64,000 bases of DNA from Daphnia carinata (GCF_022539665.2 NC_081331.1:2666001-2730000); one strand, 5' to 3'; counted from the stretch's first letter, positions 1-16,108 are shown. Program-made: numbers and translations. Notes: generated from the sequence alone by a model not told the origin.

Positions 1-736
1 CTTCTTTTGTTTAAACATTAAGATCCACATTTTCGCCTTTTTAAAATCATTCGCTTCCCATGAAGCAGAAAGAATTTGCCTTTCAAATGTTGAACAAAAA
101 AAAAATTTCCCTTTTTTCTTTTTCTTTTTTTTTTTTTTTAAGAGATAAGCAAAGAACACAAGACGTGGGATAGGTAAAGGTCTAAAGGGATAAGCCGCGT
201 ACTGCTCTTTTCTGGTTTATTGGCCTTTCTCTTTAGCTTCTTCTTCCGTCCACGTTCATCCGTGTGCCATGCGACCTGGGAAAAACCGGGGATTTCTTTT
301 TCTTTTTGCCTATCTGTCTGATCGGATTTATCCATCGAGACACCGACGATGGAAAAGGAGGGAAGCTCTATCGCCGTTCTAATACAGAAGTTGTAGTAGA
401 GTCATTGGATTTCTCTTGTCTGTCGAGTTTGTTTTGTTTTTTGAGTGTCGACCATTGCAAAAGTATTCGGAAGTTGTTTTTGGCTGCAAGAGAAAGTCCA
501 ATGCGTGTAGAACGACCATTCCCTTCCTCGCTGTACGGTGGCATTAACGGTGTGTAATATGTCGGGGACAAAAAGAGGTAATACGCTGGCAGCACTTGAG
601 GACTAACCGGTCATGCGGATGTTGGCCGTTTCCGATTTCCGGTTGTGTTTCGCTGACAGCTCCGTCCATATCGCATGCAAAGGTGGGCCCATGTCGCGTA
701 GGATAAACGAAAACGACCGTAGGACACAAACCAATT

Positions 737-768
<32 letters not shown>

Positions 769-2174
769 CAAAAATTTCCGCATCGACCGAGCAACGCACG
801 ACATTTTTTATCTTTAGAGGAAAGAAAAACAAAAAAACCTAAATCAAACGGGAAGTAGTTTGTTATTGAAATCCTAAAGGCGTTTTTTTTTTTTAAACAT
901 GGGTAATACAAAAAAAAAAAAATGCTTCACCTGCAAGACGTTTTGGAATTGGATTGTAGCTGCAGTCTGTCGTCCTAGTTAAAGTAAGATGGGGGGGGGG
1001 GTTTCACAAACGGTTTTTGAAAGCAATTATATTCCCATTCATGCGTTATGTGCTTATGTCGAAGAGTTACGAGAATTGAGCAAACAGGGCAGGGGTTTAC
1101 TTCATTTTTTTTTTTTTTTTGCGTCTTCAAAAGTCTTCAACACACAAACCTGGAAGAAAACTTTGTGTGTGTGTGTGGGGGGGGGAACAAAAGGTGCGCT
1201 CATCAATCACCTGTAAAACGGAGTGACCCCAATTGAACCCAAGGAAGTTGGGAGGCGGTACTCGAGAAGGCAGTTATTTTTTGTTTCTCCTTCTTTTTCC
1301 CCCTTCCTATTTTATTAAATGTACGAGCTACTTGAATATATACCCACCATTTTCTGTTGTTTGGTTAGTATAGAGCGTGTGCAGTGCTTACGTCTCTCCT
1401 ATACCTGAAACGTTAGACATCCACTTCCTCCCCACCGACAAATGTTTCCAAAAGGTGAAATAAAAAACAAAGAAAACAATGAAGAGCGAGTCGCTAATCA
1501 ACAGTGTGAGGGATATAGGATAGCATTCAATTATATCAAAACAAACCATACGGCTGTGTTTTTTTTTTTTTTTTTTTGGTTTTTACTGTGCAATTCAATT
1601 TCAACCATCCGGCCTGTTATTTCCGTTAAAAAAAAGAGGACACGTTTCATTTTTGATTATTATTATTTTTTTTTTTACATTAAAAATTTAAATAGTTCAG
1701 GCAACTTGAATTTCGCGCCGATCTTGACCTCACTTAGAATCGCAGACGCTTCCCGTTCGATAAATAGCAACGTCACACAATTGCCAAGATGGAATGATTT
1801 CTTATCGAACGAGTCCATACATCCCGTCCCCGGGATGTCTGTTCTCTCTTTCTTTCTTTCTTTCTTTCTTTTTTTTTTTTTTTAAAGAGAGATTTCATTT
1901 TTCCTTTCCAGAAAAGAACAAAAAATATAAGGCGGGGGGGTTCATGTCTAACGATCAAGATCCGACGCCCGATTGTTTGTTTGTTTGTTTTCCTGGGCTT
2001 GTGTGTACTTAATTCTCTCTCTACACACACAAAACCAGAAGGCAATTGCGCGCGCCATATGGTGGGCTGACGAAGACCCAACGTAACCGGTGATATTTCC
2101 TCTATTTGAAAACAAAAATTCTCATTTCTTTATAACGTACACCTAAAAGTCAGGCTTGGGCCATATAGATCTGA

Positions 2175-2205
<31 letters not shown>

Positions 2206-2729
2206 ATCACCAGAAGGGCCCTCTTGTGTGTATTCGCTGTGGCCATATCTTGTCTCTTGATATGCATAATGACAACGGTTTATATAATCTACCCTCCCCC
2301 ACTATATAGATGCTCATGATACATGCAACTCGACTTGTTCTTTTTCTTTATGTTTTTATTTTCTTCCCCCCCCCCCCCCACCCTCCCCTTGTCTCCGAGA
2401 GTTTGTTACACTGGCCAAAGGTAAAAGCCAGGAAGTTGGGGTCTATACTATCTTCGACTTTCGTGTGTGTGTGTGTGTGTGTGTGTCGTTGTATACAACA
2501 CACCCCCCTCTCACCCTCTTGCATGGCATTATTTAGTAAAGACGGTTATGCATTTTTGGTCGTACTGGAGGTTCCCATTTTTTTAAAGGTGCTTTTGCGG
2601 TACGTAGATGCAAGGTGAAGGGAGGGGGGAGAGGGAGAAAAAAGACCGGCGGAAATGAATGATGCCCCGGCTCCGGTAGTTTGGGACGCACGCGACCATT
2701 TTCTTGGAGCAATCTGCTCCTTTGTTTTG

Positions 2730-2780
<51 letters not shown>

Positions 2781-5700
2781 GTCTCCTTCTTGTCACTCAC
2801 TTTTTGTTTTATTATTGTTATTATTATATTTTATACGCTTATAGAGGAACTTCTTCATATTGTTTTATAATGAAACCAGCAGCTACCGTGTGTTTGTTAG
2901 ACGTCCCCATTTCCATGGCATTTTTTTTTTTTTTTTTTCAATTTTTATGATGTGCCCGTTTCCGACAGCCTCTGCAACACGGCGACATGACAGCTGCTCT
3001 AGTCCGATGATTGTAGAATCTCCTTTCTCTTTCGGCGTTGCGCATCTTGCGACCAACGCAACTGTCAACTTAAAAAGTCCCGCCGCCTTTTTTTTTTTAA
3101 TCGCAATCTTGCGACGCACCAAATTTTTGTTTGATCAGTTTGGGTCCTCACTTATCACCTAAAGCAGATGGCAACACCTGAACACGCAAACGTTCGACGA
3201 TATCCTTCGTTTTTTTTTTAATTTTTTAGATAATTCAAATGAAAGTGTGAACGTTAAAAGAAAAAAGAATTTTGAATGACGTGAAGAGAGTTGGCCGAAA
3301 GATGACGTCACAGGTGGGCGTCTCTGCAACTGCGGGATGGGGGATCGAATGGCGCAATACCATCCGGCCATGCAAGTCGTTTTGCGCCTGCAAGATGGTT
3401 CATATAAATTAAATGCGTGCGCCCAAGTCGAATACGCCCCCCGTATCGCTTCTCTTTCCAAAACGTTTTGTGTATCCATTGATCTCATTTTCCATTTTTA
3501 ACTGGACAATATTGTGTGTATGTGTGTGCGCTGTTTATTATCAATAATTCAACCTATAGTCGCATCCGGCACTCTTTTGCGAGAGTCTCTACACACACAC
3601 ACACATACACACACACACACACATACGCGGATGTATAGGCTGTGTGTCGACAACAATCATGAACCGACACACGAAATTTAGGTCGCCTTTTCATATGTGG
3701 TCATCGTTCCATCGTAGAACCCACCGTTTACAATATACATGTCGTGTGAGATAACACACGTTCATTTATATAATATAGCCTCTATGCCTCAGCCTTTTGT
3801 TTTTTTCCCCCCTTTTTTCTTTATTGTTTTTTTTTTTTTTTTCCCGTTTGGCCGGCTCTTCCTTCTCGTTTCATTTGGCTAATGCTTTCAAAGCTGATTG
3901 ATTGTCTAACGTTACGATCGACCATCTTGTACAATTGACCTTATAAAACAAGGCGGTTTGAAGAAAAAAGAACTATCTATTTTTTTTTTCCTCCTTTTTT
4001 TTTGTGTCTTTAATCGTCATGACGATCGGTAAAATGAACTCGCAGCGCAAATGTGTCGTCGTCGTCGTCGCTCGGTCGTCGGGAAGTTCATTATTATATC
4101 TCATAAAAGCCGTGTGCGGTAATGAGAGTAATGACAAAACCGGTGGCCATTGTTTCTCCTTTTTTTTTTTTTTTCTGCACGAAGAATATAACGCATGTGA
4201 CACGGATGGGACATGAGCTTGGGGAGTAGTATTGCAGTTCTATATGCGGTATGATACACACTGTACCTGTATAGACACATAGGGCGTGGTCACTTTCGTC
4301 CGTTCCGGCAACAAATCGACACAGATACACACACACACACACACACACACAAGAGATAATGGCAAAAGGGAACAAAGTAAAGTGAATAAAAAAAAAAAAA
4401 AATTGGAGAAGAGCTCGTTCAATCTCCGGCTTTCCCTCCCCACCTTGTTCCGGCCCTACTACCGGACATGTTTAAAGCCTCCCTAGAGATTCATTTGAAT
4501 TTTTTTTTTGGGGGGGTTAATACTTTGCGTTCGTGTTACGAATGCTATGTTGTTTTTTTTTATTAATCCGTTTGTCGGACTTTTTCTTTTTGAATCTGTA
4601 CTTGAGATTGTTGCACTTTGATCGGCGCTGATTCAAAAACAATGTTCTTCTGATTCCTGTTCAACATTTAAACGATATGGTTGCCTAGGGCGTATGCCGA
4701 CGAGTTCATAGCCACACCAAACAGTCTATTAGATTTTCTCAATCAAAATGATTCGAATCTGGGCGTACGTGACTATTTCTCACTCGGAGACAACTGTTCT
4801 ATTTTATTTATTTTTCATGAAAAAAAAAAACAGCTGTTCAGTGCCGAGCATCACGCACGAAAAAGGTCGTCGGAATCTGTTTCTAAGCGAAACGGTTTGA
4901 ATGCAGAAACGAGATATAACCCGAAAAAAAAAAAAAAGGGAAGTGAGATGTATTGCTTGATTAGGATGCAGTTCGGTAGAGTCCCTTTCAGTCAGACCCG
5001 TAGCATATGCGTACGGAATGCATTGGAATCGTCGTTGTGAGTCATGTCAACAAAAGATTGACCCACCACCTGTGTCACGTGCTATTAATTACTGGTCTAG
5101 CTCTTATTCGTGTTTGACAATATCATTGGGAACGAAAACGATATAGAAGGACGCGAGTTTTTTCTTCGACGTCGCGCGTCCTATCAGACAACACAAGATT
5201 TGAACAGCTTGCCCGACGGACTCCATGGCAACTCACCTGCGTCTGTTTTCCATGTATTGGCTGATCCAATTATGCCGGCGCCCAGATGATACGTGTACAA
5301 ACAAAGCACTTATCTTCGTATTTTCTTAGTCTTCCTTTTTTGTTTTTTTTGTTTTTGCCTTTCCCCCTCTTTATCCATCACTTTGTTTTGAATTTTCTTC
5401 TTGATAATTTATTATTTTTAAAAAATAAATAATTTCCTAGCAAAACAATTTGAGGAACATTTGATGACTGTTGTGCGGTTTATCACCGCAGTTCGTACCT
5501 AATAGAAAGCTTAAAAAAAAAAAAGAAAAAGAAAAACAGTTTGGCCGGTTGATAAAGAGATGTTAAATATTACAGGTCTATGCAGATGCGCTGTTGTAAT
5601 AGGCCTATAGAGAACTAACGCACGAAGGTCACCTTTCTCTCCTTTGGGTGTGTGTATAGAGTTGGGAGAGGTCTGCAGGCCACCCCACTCATATAAGTTG

Positions 5701-6761
5701 ATGTTCGGGAGGACAGGGAGTGGGGCCAGGGAGGTTACACTGGGTGGACGGATGGTCCTTCTGCCACAAATTATTTAATAGCGTTTCGAAACGGGCGACG
5801 AAAAATGCTTGGGCGTTGAAGGCAAAGATCTATCGCTATATAATCTAAAAAAAATATATATATATATCGTGTAATATTGGAGCTGTGTGTCGCTCAGGTG
5901 CGCAGTCTGGCGGCAGGGCAATAAGAAATTAAAAAAAAAAAAAAAAAAAAGGTGGGACACACAATGAGATAGATAGGAAGGAACTGGCGAGCTTGGTGGC
6001 GTGACAGCAGGAGGATGCCGGAACAGCATGCGGAAGCAGCTTCCTGTTTCCGATTCGGAAGTTGTTTCCGACGCTACATCATTACAACATCATACCGTAT
6101 ACCTTTTTCTTTTTTTCCCCTGGCCCCGTCTAACAGCTCCTTTCTCTCTCTCTCTTTTTTATTTTTATACCATACGTGTTACCTATGTAGATAATAACCC
6201 AGTCAACCCTGAACAACATCCTCGTCAGCGTCGTCCAGTTCCTCTTCTACTTCCCCTTTCATTTTCGGAAGAGAAAGCAAACGACAAGAGTGGGAGGTGG
6301 GGTGGGGGATTTAGTGGGAAGTTGGCCAGGTCGGAAAGAGGAAATACACGAAGCTCTTTTTTATTTTCGGGAGGGCAAAAAAAAAAAAGGAAGAGAAGAG
6401 GGGGGAAATGCATTGGCCGATCGAGCACACGCCCTTCTACTACTCCATTATTAGGTCCGACACAAACGTGTGTATCTATCTCTGGTTGTACACGCCAGAA
6501 CGAGCCGCTATTAAACACTGAAAGACTAAACAAAACAAAAAATGCGACCTTTATTTTTTATTTATTTTTTTTTTTTCCTGTGATGTTTCATTTCAGCGAA
6601 AAGAGAGGGACACGCAGAGGAACGGGGCGGTTACCTCCCTTGAGCCGTTTCCTCGAAATCCTGTTTCGTCAAACTGACCAACGCCCTTATTATTCAGATC
6701 ATTTCCTCTTAAAGCTGTATACAACATCCTTTATGTACAGCGCCATTCGTATACATCTATC

Positions 6762-6799
<38 letters not shown>

Positions 6800-7823
6800 C
6801 GTTATAGAGAGCGACGACTTGATTGTATTGTTACCAACTTTTACCTCTCCCTCCCGACTATATGATCGTACGGGCTCATTGAGCGCCACCGCCCGAATTC
6901 CTTATATCTCTCTTTTTGATTTCAATGAACACTTCCTGCTCGTACGATGAAATGCCACACACATTTAAAAAAAAAAATGGGACTTTTTAAATTGAGTAAA
7001 ACTACGAGGAAAAAAAAAAAAAAATGAGGAACGTGAGATGTGTAATGCGTTGTTGGGATTAGATAAAAACGGAGTGCAACTTTCAAATGCCTTGTCTGAA
7101 CGCTGGAACACTAAGGGACACTTGAACGGTTTTTGTTTTGTTTTTTTTTGTTTTTTTTTTCGAACGATTCTGGGTGAAAGTTGTCGGAACAGTTCAGCTT
7201 TCGATACGCATTTTGGCCATGACATCCGCGCTGATGAGATTTGAATTCCTAAACAAAGTTTATCTTTGTCGAAATACGGACAAAACAGAACAAGAGTCGA
7301 TTACAAAAGCTCGGAACACAATTTGGCTGTCGGGAGGGGATATTGATCGTTATCCAAGGTTAGAAGTTGGTGAAACGAGTCGATATCCATCAATAGACAA
7401 TCGTCGGTTGTCCCGTCAGTGATGTAATGTCACCGAATGAACGCGTCGCAGACACGCTAAGGTGGGGGAGGGGAATATGTGGAGGTTCTCAGAGTTGAGG
7501 CACCAAGACGAGCATACGTGGGAAGAGACTATAAAAGAACGTGTCTGTTGCAAACGGCTATTAAAAATTGTGTTTCGATTGCATATTTGATCAGCTTTTA
7601 TTTTTTATTTTTTTTTGTATGCGGTTCTTGTTGTGCTTTTGACGCCTAATGTTCCAGGTGAAAAAGAACGCCGTGTGTGGGAGAGGAGGGTGGGTGATGT
7701 GCACACGGCGGTCAACCTGGTGGTTGTTGAGGGTCCAAGCAGGGGAGGGATGGCGCCGACGTTACACACACAGAGAGACGCGTGCCGGGAAATTACAGGT
7801 AGGACTTAGCGTCTGTCATTGGG

Positions 7824-7861
<38 letters not shown>

Positions 7862-10800
7862 AAAAAGGGAATTTAATTTTTATTTTTGATTATTTCATAT
7901 GATGGGGTTATAAAGACCCCCCCCTCTGGACTTTGTTGGTTAACCCTGTGATATCAACGTCGATCTGACAGGGGGAGGGCTTCTATATAACTTAAAGTTT
8001 ATAGAGGGACGTTTGTGTGTTGTATCTTTTTGAACTATACATAATAAATAGAGAAACGTGAACTGTTACGAGACAGATCGACTTTCCCATTTTTTTTTTT
8101 TGGTCCTGTCTTGTGTTCCGTAACAAACCTTTTTTTTTTCCTATTGATTTCATCGTGTATTTTTTGTGTAACGGGCATGAGTTGATACGGTTGGCACGAG
8201 ACTATTTCCAGTCATTTGTCGGAGGATTTTAAAGAATGAAAAATTGGTTTGGTGGGATTTTTAGGTTATGTACGATGTGATCTACTATTTTTATTATCCG
8301 CTTCAGACATTCAAACGCACAAGACCGTGGAACACGGTGGGGTTTCCATAGCTTATGGATTTTCTCCGACATCCCCTCCCCCCTTTTTTTTTTTTTTTTT
8401 CTTTGTTTGTTGTCGGTTAAAAATGAATGTAGAATGAGTCAGTTTCACGTCATAACACGACCTTAAACTGATTCATTGTACAACATTTATCGACACTGGG
8501 TAGAGAAGTCGGAATAGCAAATTACCATACGAACGTGTGCAATGAAAATGTGTAGACGAAACCCACCCACTTGCGCCCACTTGCGGCTGTTTAAATATTT
8601 CCACAACATTAGCGACAGGTTTCAAATTGTGTTGCTTCTATTTGATCTCCCTACGTGTGTATGTGTGTGTCTTTACTATTTGAAAATAGCAGCCGCCCCC
8701 TTCCAAAGAGTCGACTGCTGTTTATGCAAAATCGCTATGACTGGTAGAGGAAAGAGAGCGAGAAATTATCTAAAGATCCCCCCCCCCCCCCCCCCCCTCA
8801 ACAACAAAGAAAAAAAAGAAAAAAAAAAGGTGGTAGAACCCCCTTCCCCTTTTGATTTTGCGGATGGGTTGAGATGGAACTGTACAACTTAGCCGAAAAG
8901 CTACAGCAGCGGATGCAGATGCTGTCGTACATCGAGTAAGAGCAGATGCAGTAATGTGTCCCTATGTTATTTCGCTCGTTTTTCCCTTTTCAATCCATCC
9001 TCCCACCCCCAAAACGTATCGGGCACGAGCTCTCGCGTCCTTTTTTTTTGTTTTTTTTTTAACCCCCTCCGTCTCTTTGAACGTTATTGAGGGTGTGTTT
9101 TGTTTGGACGATAGCACCGCACAACACACGCAGCGTACAAGAATAAGAGCCGTGCTACAGGAAAATATTTAAAAAAAAAAAAAAAGAAGAAAGGAGAGGG
9201 TAGTAATACGAAAATGACACGTGCCCGACGCTTGTGAATGGTTCACAAAAAAAATAAGAGCTCATCTTTGTTAACCAATCGCCAGCCTCTATCTCTGGTA
9301 GGCTTCTGTTTCTCTTGTTTGACAACCATTTTTTTATCTTTACACGTCCATCTCTTCAAACAACGTGCCTGCCTGTAAAAAAGCCAAAAATGACTAACTG
9401 TTACAATGGTCAAGTTTATTCATTTGCGTTTTATTTTTTTTTTTTTTAATTACCTGGACTAAGAGAGGGGGGAGGGGTGTTATTATGATTGGATGTGAAT
9501 TAGAAGATAAGAGGAGAAATACGGGGGGAAGAAAACATTGACCGACATTAAAAGTCTCTTGTGTTTAGCGACAATCATGCTGCTCCCGTGAATCCCTCAG
9601 CCTCGGTGGGTCTTGCAAAAAGTTTTAGGGTGGGGGGGGGGGGGGGAGGGAGAGAGCTTTAATAACTTAACTTTATAGTCTACCGTCAAATGGAGAGTCT
9701 TGTTTGTCTAACGAAATTAGCGAGGACTTCGGAACGTTCATCAACGTGAGTTTTGCGCGTTGAATGCGCTTTCGTGACACAAAGTCGTTTGGACCGCTGG
9801 ACGACACGACCCTACAGGCCCAGGAGAGTCGAATCAACAGCCCCCCCCCCCTTCCCAACCCAAAAAAAAAAAAGAAAAAAGAAAATTAACTGGACACAGC
9901 TACTCTTCTCGGTTAGATGACATGCTCTGAAACTCTCTCGTTTTTATTTTTCGGAGCGTCCGTTTTTTGCCCCGGTTTTGTGTTGACCTGTACAACAAAA
10001 CTTCAACTCGGCCGGGCCGTACGTTTGCATCCGCCGGGCGTGAGGAAACACACAGAGACGCAATGATGTTACAACGCCATAAATGAAAAGGCAGATGCTG
10101 ATCGCGTGACTTGGGCCTTTTGTTGGGAACACACACACCGGCAAAAAAAAACAAGCATGATGATGGCCATCTGTGTGTCTGTGTGTATCGTGCACGAGAG
10201 GGGCATCTAATCTTTCAAGAGGCTACGTCCACCACACAGATTGTCAAAATCGAGAGAGTGAAATTTGTTTGCAGCTCCTTCGTCAGCGTGTAGGTCCTCT
10301 CATTCAACGCATTTTCGATGGCTTGTACGAAGAAGACCAAACATTTCGACATGTCAACGAATGATAAATCCTCAGCTATACCCCATCCGCCTTTTCTGGA
10401 ATAGCCAAGTGTGTAGGGCCATCCATGGTAGTAGCAAGGGGATCAGACATCTTTGCCCATCCGCTAGCGGATGATCATCTGGGGTACGCGTTGGATGCGA
10501 CGTTCAACAGAGACGTTGAGGGTCTGCCGCGCCACTTAAATAACATCTTCAGGTGCTACTTAAAAAATAATTGGAGCGGCTGCAGTCTGTGTGTGTGTGT
10601 GTTCGTATAGCTACAGGGTAATGCGACTCACCCCCTCTCCACTTGTGGGTCCCGTTATTGTTCAACCTCTTATTAGCCCATATGTTCATAACATCAAGGC
10701 AATCTGTCGTTTTCATTTCTTGTCTTTTTCTTCGATACGTGATCCTTAAAAACGATCATCGTCTCGAGATCTTCTTTAGGCTCCTTGTTTTCATTGTCTA

Positions 10801-13800
10801 TTGCCGAGTAATCCGGAATTCAGGCTATTCTTGAAGATGGAAAACGATCCACTAAAAATCTCAGTTTTCCTTTAGATTTCTAAATTTTCTTGTGTGTGTG
10901 TGTGTGCCGAGTTATTTAATTACAAACCGGAACTCGCTTGATGCATACAATAACTCTACTTCTCTATTTTTTTCTTCTCAAACACGCATATGAGGCAGTT
11001 GAAGAAAAATATGTAGAGGGGAGGGAGAGGTATGAAAGGGGGAGGGGGGAGGTAAGGAGGTTGTACGCAGGTAAATAACAAGTCACCCGAAACCATCTGC
11101 CTCTTCTGGTCGGTACGATTGTGTGGCACAGAGACGTACACAACTTCACATATGTCCATCTGTGTGTATACGTACATGTCTCCATAGGTGCTCCGGCCAA
11201 CATTCGAATAGGCAATAACAAAAGACGATCTTGACCTTGGATCTAAACAAGCTAACGTCCCTACTAAAGAAATGAACGTTCCGTCTATTTTCTTTTTTTT
11301 TTTCGTTCTTAAATAACCTTTCGAAAAAAAAAAATACGTTTTCTTGAGGATAAGGTGACAAACATCCGCCTACCTCCCCCTTTTTTTTCAATCTCCCCTC
11401 TTTAAGAAACAAATAATCAAAATGCATGTACGTAGGTCACTGGCCAAATGGTGCGCTGTTTAATTCTATGTTTCTTTTCTGTCGTTACGAGCCATGTGAT
11501 TATGCATTTCTTGCTGTTTATTTTTATTTTTATAAATTGGGGTTGGCTCGAGGCACTTGACCTATGCAAATTAAATATAGTGGGATAGACGGTAGAAATA
11601 TAAAAGAGTAAACTTTTAAATTAGCGTCGGGTGGCTCACTCATTATGCATCGGGACACACCGGGAGTCTCACGCGCTACGATGTTGGACGTTTATCCGTT
11701 AAAAAAAAAAAAAAAAAAAAGAAAACTAAATAAAGACACGATGTGCGGAGAAGAACTCTCGCACCAGTTGTGCACAAACTGCGGTGCTCTTTTCTCTCGC
11801 TCGGCTTGTTCCAGACAAAGTTTTTTTTTTCCAAATGTTTTCAAACGGTAATGAGGGCTACCTCACAGGTTAATTAGCCGCACACACAAACTCAAAAAAA
11901 AAGAAAAAAAAGAAAAGCTTTTCCTCGACGTCCTCAAGTCGTGCGAAGGCCAAATCCGTTGTTTTATTCAAGCCATCATTTTCTAATTCTTTTTAATAAC
12001 TTTATCTTACAACTTTTTTCCCCCGTGCCTCTTTTGTTTTTCAGTTTCAAAAGAGCCCGAAACATTTTCGTTTCACAAAATGCTTAACGTAACAATCGGT
12101 TTCGATGAGTTGTTGGTTCGCGTCTGACTATATTTTTGAAGTTGCCTGTTGCGCCGCTTATTTTCGGCCGCGGATGGGGAGGGGGTAAGGTAAGGCGGAA
12201 GCCGGAAGATAAAGAGCGGAAAGTGTGCGTGTGTGCGAGTTCCGCAGGCTAAGAAGGGTATGGTTTGATTGGATCATCGCCACGAAAAGCTCATACTTGA
12301 AAAAAAAAAACAAAAAAAAAAAAAACCTAATTGGGAACCTTTTGTTCCAACATGCTGTAAAAACTTGTCCAGAAAACTATTGTATTTACGCACACACATA
12401 AAAATACGTAACGAGATCTGTGTGTTTATTTATAAAGGTTAATTTCTCCGTCTCTCTCTCTCTCTTTTTTCCCCCTCAAATAATAAAAAAATTTTGATAA
12501 TGAACGTTCAGCTTGCACGAAAAGGTCGTACTATTTAAAGGCTATGAGGTCCCTCGAGTTAATCTCCGTGCTGACTTGATTAAATTTTACATCAACCCCT
12601 TTCTAAACTAAAGCGCCCAGATCTGTCACTCAATCTCATACAAAGAGGTGTCTAAAACTAAATCAACACAAGGTTTCATTTGAAAAAAGAAAAAAGAAAG
12701 GTGTAGATAAGGAGGGTGGCGAGCACTCCTGGCCAATTAATTCGACACCCAGGGAGCGAACAGACAAAGTGTAACACTCAATTTAGATAGAGATGTTCTC
12801 TCTATGGTTCTATAAGACATGTAGCTCTGGTCGTTAAATGAATCTCTGCGTGTGTGTCTGTGTGTGTCTGTGTGTACGTGTTAAAAGTACACACAAAAGA
12901 CGGGTAATATCGAATCATGAGACGAGGAGGGCAATTAGAAGAGGGACCTGGACCAGTCGATCCAATCATTGGGGACATTCCGTTGAGCGTCTTGTTACAA
13001 GAGGTTCTTTTAGCGCATCTCGCACGTTTTATTAGGCTGCCGACTAAGTATGATTTTTTTTTTTTTTTGAAAGAACTTGAAATAGCAAGAGCAGCTGTGA
13101 ACTTTCTGTAATTGACGCCCGACTCGCACCGTCCAATGTCTTTTGTGCCTCTTGATATCGCGCGATCAAATGGAGATCGTAGATGCAAATGAGCTCGAAC
13201 CTCTTTTGTTGAAACATTAACGACGCGTACTCTATGCGAGTGTATCGTTATACTCGTCTTTTTTGGCTTTTGTCTGACGATCGAATAAAATCGAAATCTC
13301 CGAAAGAACTGACACGAACAATAAAAAAAAAAAATGTTATTTTTCGTCTTGTTATTAAATCACACAAAATCTGAAATAGAAAATAGAAAAATGATAAAAG
13401 GCGTATAAGAGAAGCTGGCTCTTGTTTGCGATCAACCCCATCGTATAGGGGCTACCGGTCTAACCAAAAGCTGAGGGGTGCGTTTTTTTTTTTTTCTTTT
13501 CTTTTCTTTCTTTCTTTAAAAAAGTGGCAGATGGACGCGTTATTAAACGTGGCGGAAAGCAGTGGCGGAGCAATACTTAGGGATAGAAGAAGCCAGGAAG
13601 GAAGAAGGAAGAAAAAAAGGGGCCAGTTCCTCCTCTCCCCCTCCCCTCTCTACAGTCATCTATATAGAGTTTGTATCCATCTAGATGTTGTAGCTCTTGA
13701 TCTGAATAGGAAAAACGAAAAAAAGAAAAGGGGGGTTGCCGAAAACTCTAAGAGAAATAACGAATCAAATCTAAAGTAACGAGTTCTAATACTTTTTTTT

Positions 13801-16074
13801 TTTTTTTTTTTCCCTGCTGCGATTCTTTCCTCTTCTATATAAAATGGCTCTTTTCACCGAGCTCTTCTCGTTAGGGGGAACTTAACATCCATCCATAAAC
13901 CTGGTCCATCAGCCATTTGGTTCCTCCATGCGTTAAGAGAATACACGTCAAAGGAGTGCAGTGGAAAGCTACTTGATACTCAAAAGGCCTAAATAGAACA
14001 AGAATCTCAAGTTTCAGACTCTTATGAAATCATCCACAGTTTCTTTATTTTTGGCCATCAATCTTTTTTTTTTTTTTTTTTTTTTTTGGTTCAAAAAGGG
14101 TTTTGTTTTGTTTGTGATATTCCCCGTTGTTTTCCTTATCCGCTTCGAGAAATGTGAACAGATTTCGCCATTCAAATTGTTAGGCCTCTTTTTTTTTTTT
14201 CTTTCCTTTCAGCACAGATGAATCCGCATTGGACACGGATCGTTTACAATGTTTTGTTGAATCTCTTTTATTCGTTGCATAACGAGACAACTTGAACGCA
14301 ATCCTGTTGACAACAGTTTGAAACATTGGCCAAGAAAAGCAAAGGTGTTGGGTTCGTGTTTGTTTGTTCCGAAAAACCACATCGACCAACCCCTTTTTTT
14401 TTTTTCTTCTTATGAAAGACGAGATTTTTCTTATAGTCCTGAATCTCTTCTTTTGTTAGTAGGTGTAATAAGAGTACAGCCATCGATTCAAATCCGAAAG
14501 CAAATGATCCACCCCCTACACATTTATTTGTCTTCCCCCCCTCTCCTAAAAAGAGTGATACAGATATTCATAGAGTTATAGCAAAACGTGTGTGTTGCTA
14601 TGGCTGGCAGAACTTAAAAGGTGCGCGCTGCCGTGTGCAAATGTTGTTGTGTATCAATTATTATTTTTTTTCTCTATATATTTCTTCCCCTTTTTCTGCA
14701 ATACTAACAGCTGCTCTTCATCCTCCCTCAATACCCTTTTTTATTTTTTCATGACGTGCACATTGCCGTGCACTTCCACTCAATCATGTGCGAGACTTGC
14801 TACGAAAATGCCAGCAGTCGGCTGCTATTTAAAAAATATATATATGTATTTTTTTTTTTTTTTATTTGTGACCCAGAATCACCTGATGACAGTGACCTTC
14901 CCCTTTCCACCTGAATTGAGTCAATAACTTTCTTCTTCTATACGAACCCCTTTCGCTTGATTCCTCCGAGGGTTAGAGAAAGTGTCTGGAACATTTTTAG
15001 AGCTATCTAGAGCAGCGTTTGCCTACCAACACCTGGGTTTAAAATTTGGGATCGTTCTTTCTCCCCCCATTCTTTTCTTCTACCTGCTGTTTTCTTTTTG
15101 CGGTTTGAACAGAAAAAAAAAAAAAAAAAAATCTGGAGCGAAAACAGCAGGAGGAATATCGTAGCCGTGCGCGTTATCACATTTACACACTCTACTTCAC
15201 CTTGCAAGGAAAGCTTACGATTCACTCCCCTTCTTTCTTAAGAAAGAGCTTCCCTTTTCTTTTTTAAGCAACTCTGTTTGACCAGGGAGTCTTTTGATGG
15301 AAGCCAATCGATCGTAAAGGTGTTAATCGATTCCCAATCAAACAAAAAAAAAAAAATGGAATGTCGTTTTTTTTTTTGGTGGATTTTTAAATATTTGGAA
15401 TTTATTTTTAAAAAAAGAAATGATTAAATTCTATTCTTTTGTAATAGCAGATGGCACGAGCCATTTTCATTGAGGCTTGTGCGTACGTTCGTACGAAGCG
15501 GCGGGAGGGTTATGTATGCAGATCTGATTTTGACCTGATCGCGTTGTTTAGGGGCTGACCCCCCTCTAAAGGTATGCGCGGATACCGGAAAACTTTCATT
15601 TCCTGCTGTTTCTCTAGCTGCTGCTTGTCTAACTTGAGCACTGGAAATCATTCTAAAAGGGCATAAGAGGGTGTAAAAAATAAAATGTACCGTGCCTCCC
15701 TTAAAAAAGGGTTGGATGGCACCACAAAAAAAAAAAAAGGCGCGCGTCTGGTCGAGTTTCAACTGCAATCATTGGACCAATCCATTCACCCCCACAAAAA
15801 AAAAACAAAAAAAAAACAAAAAAAAAAATGGAGGAATGAAAAAATAAAAATATACATAGACACTCTTTGAAAGGTTATCGGTCAACGTGGCTGGTTGTTA
15901 TGGTATTTGTGTGTATGTATTTGGTGCTCTAAGAGAGAGAGAGAGAGAAAGAGAAAAGAAATGAGCAGATGTGACGGTGAGGGAACTTTGGCCGTGAGGT
16001 GAACAGGAGGGTTAAGTAGGGAGGGGAAGTTATAGGTAAAAAGGAAATGGACACCTGCCCCGGTTAAAGAGCGC

Positions 16075-16108
<34 letters not shown>

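Noticed and set aside
6001..6807. 268-aa ORF, and the many 60-190 aa ORFs in 1-23 kb and 53-64 kb
   Set aside because: They translate simple repeats (poly-F/K, HTHT, ERER, LSLS), often with non-ATG starts, and show no domain motifs.
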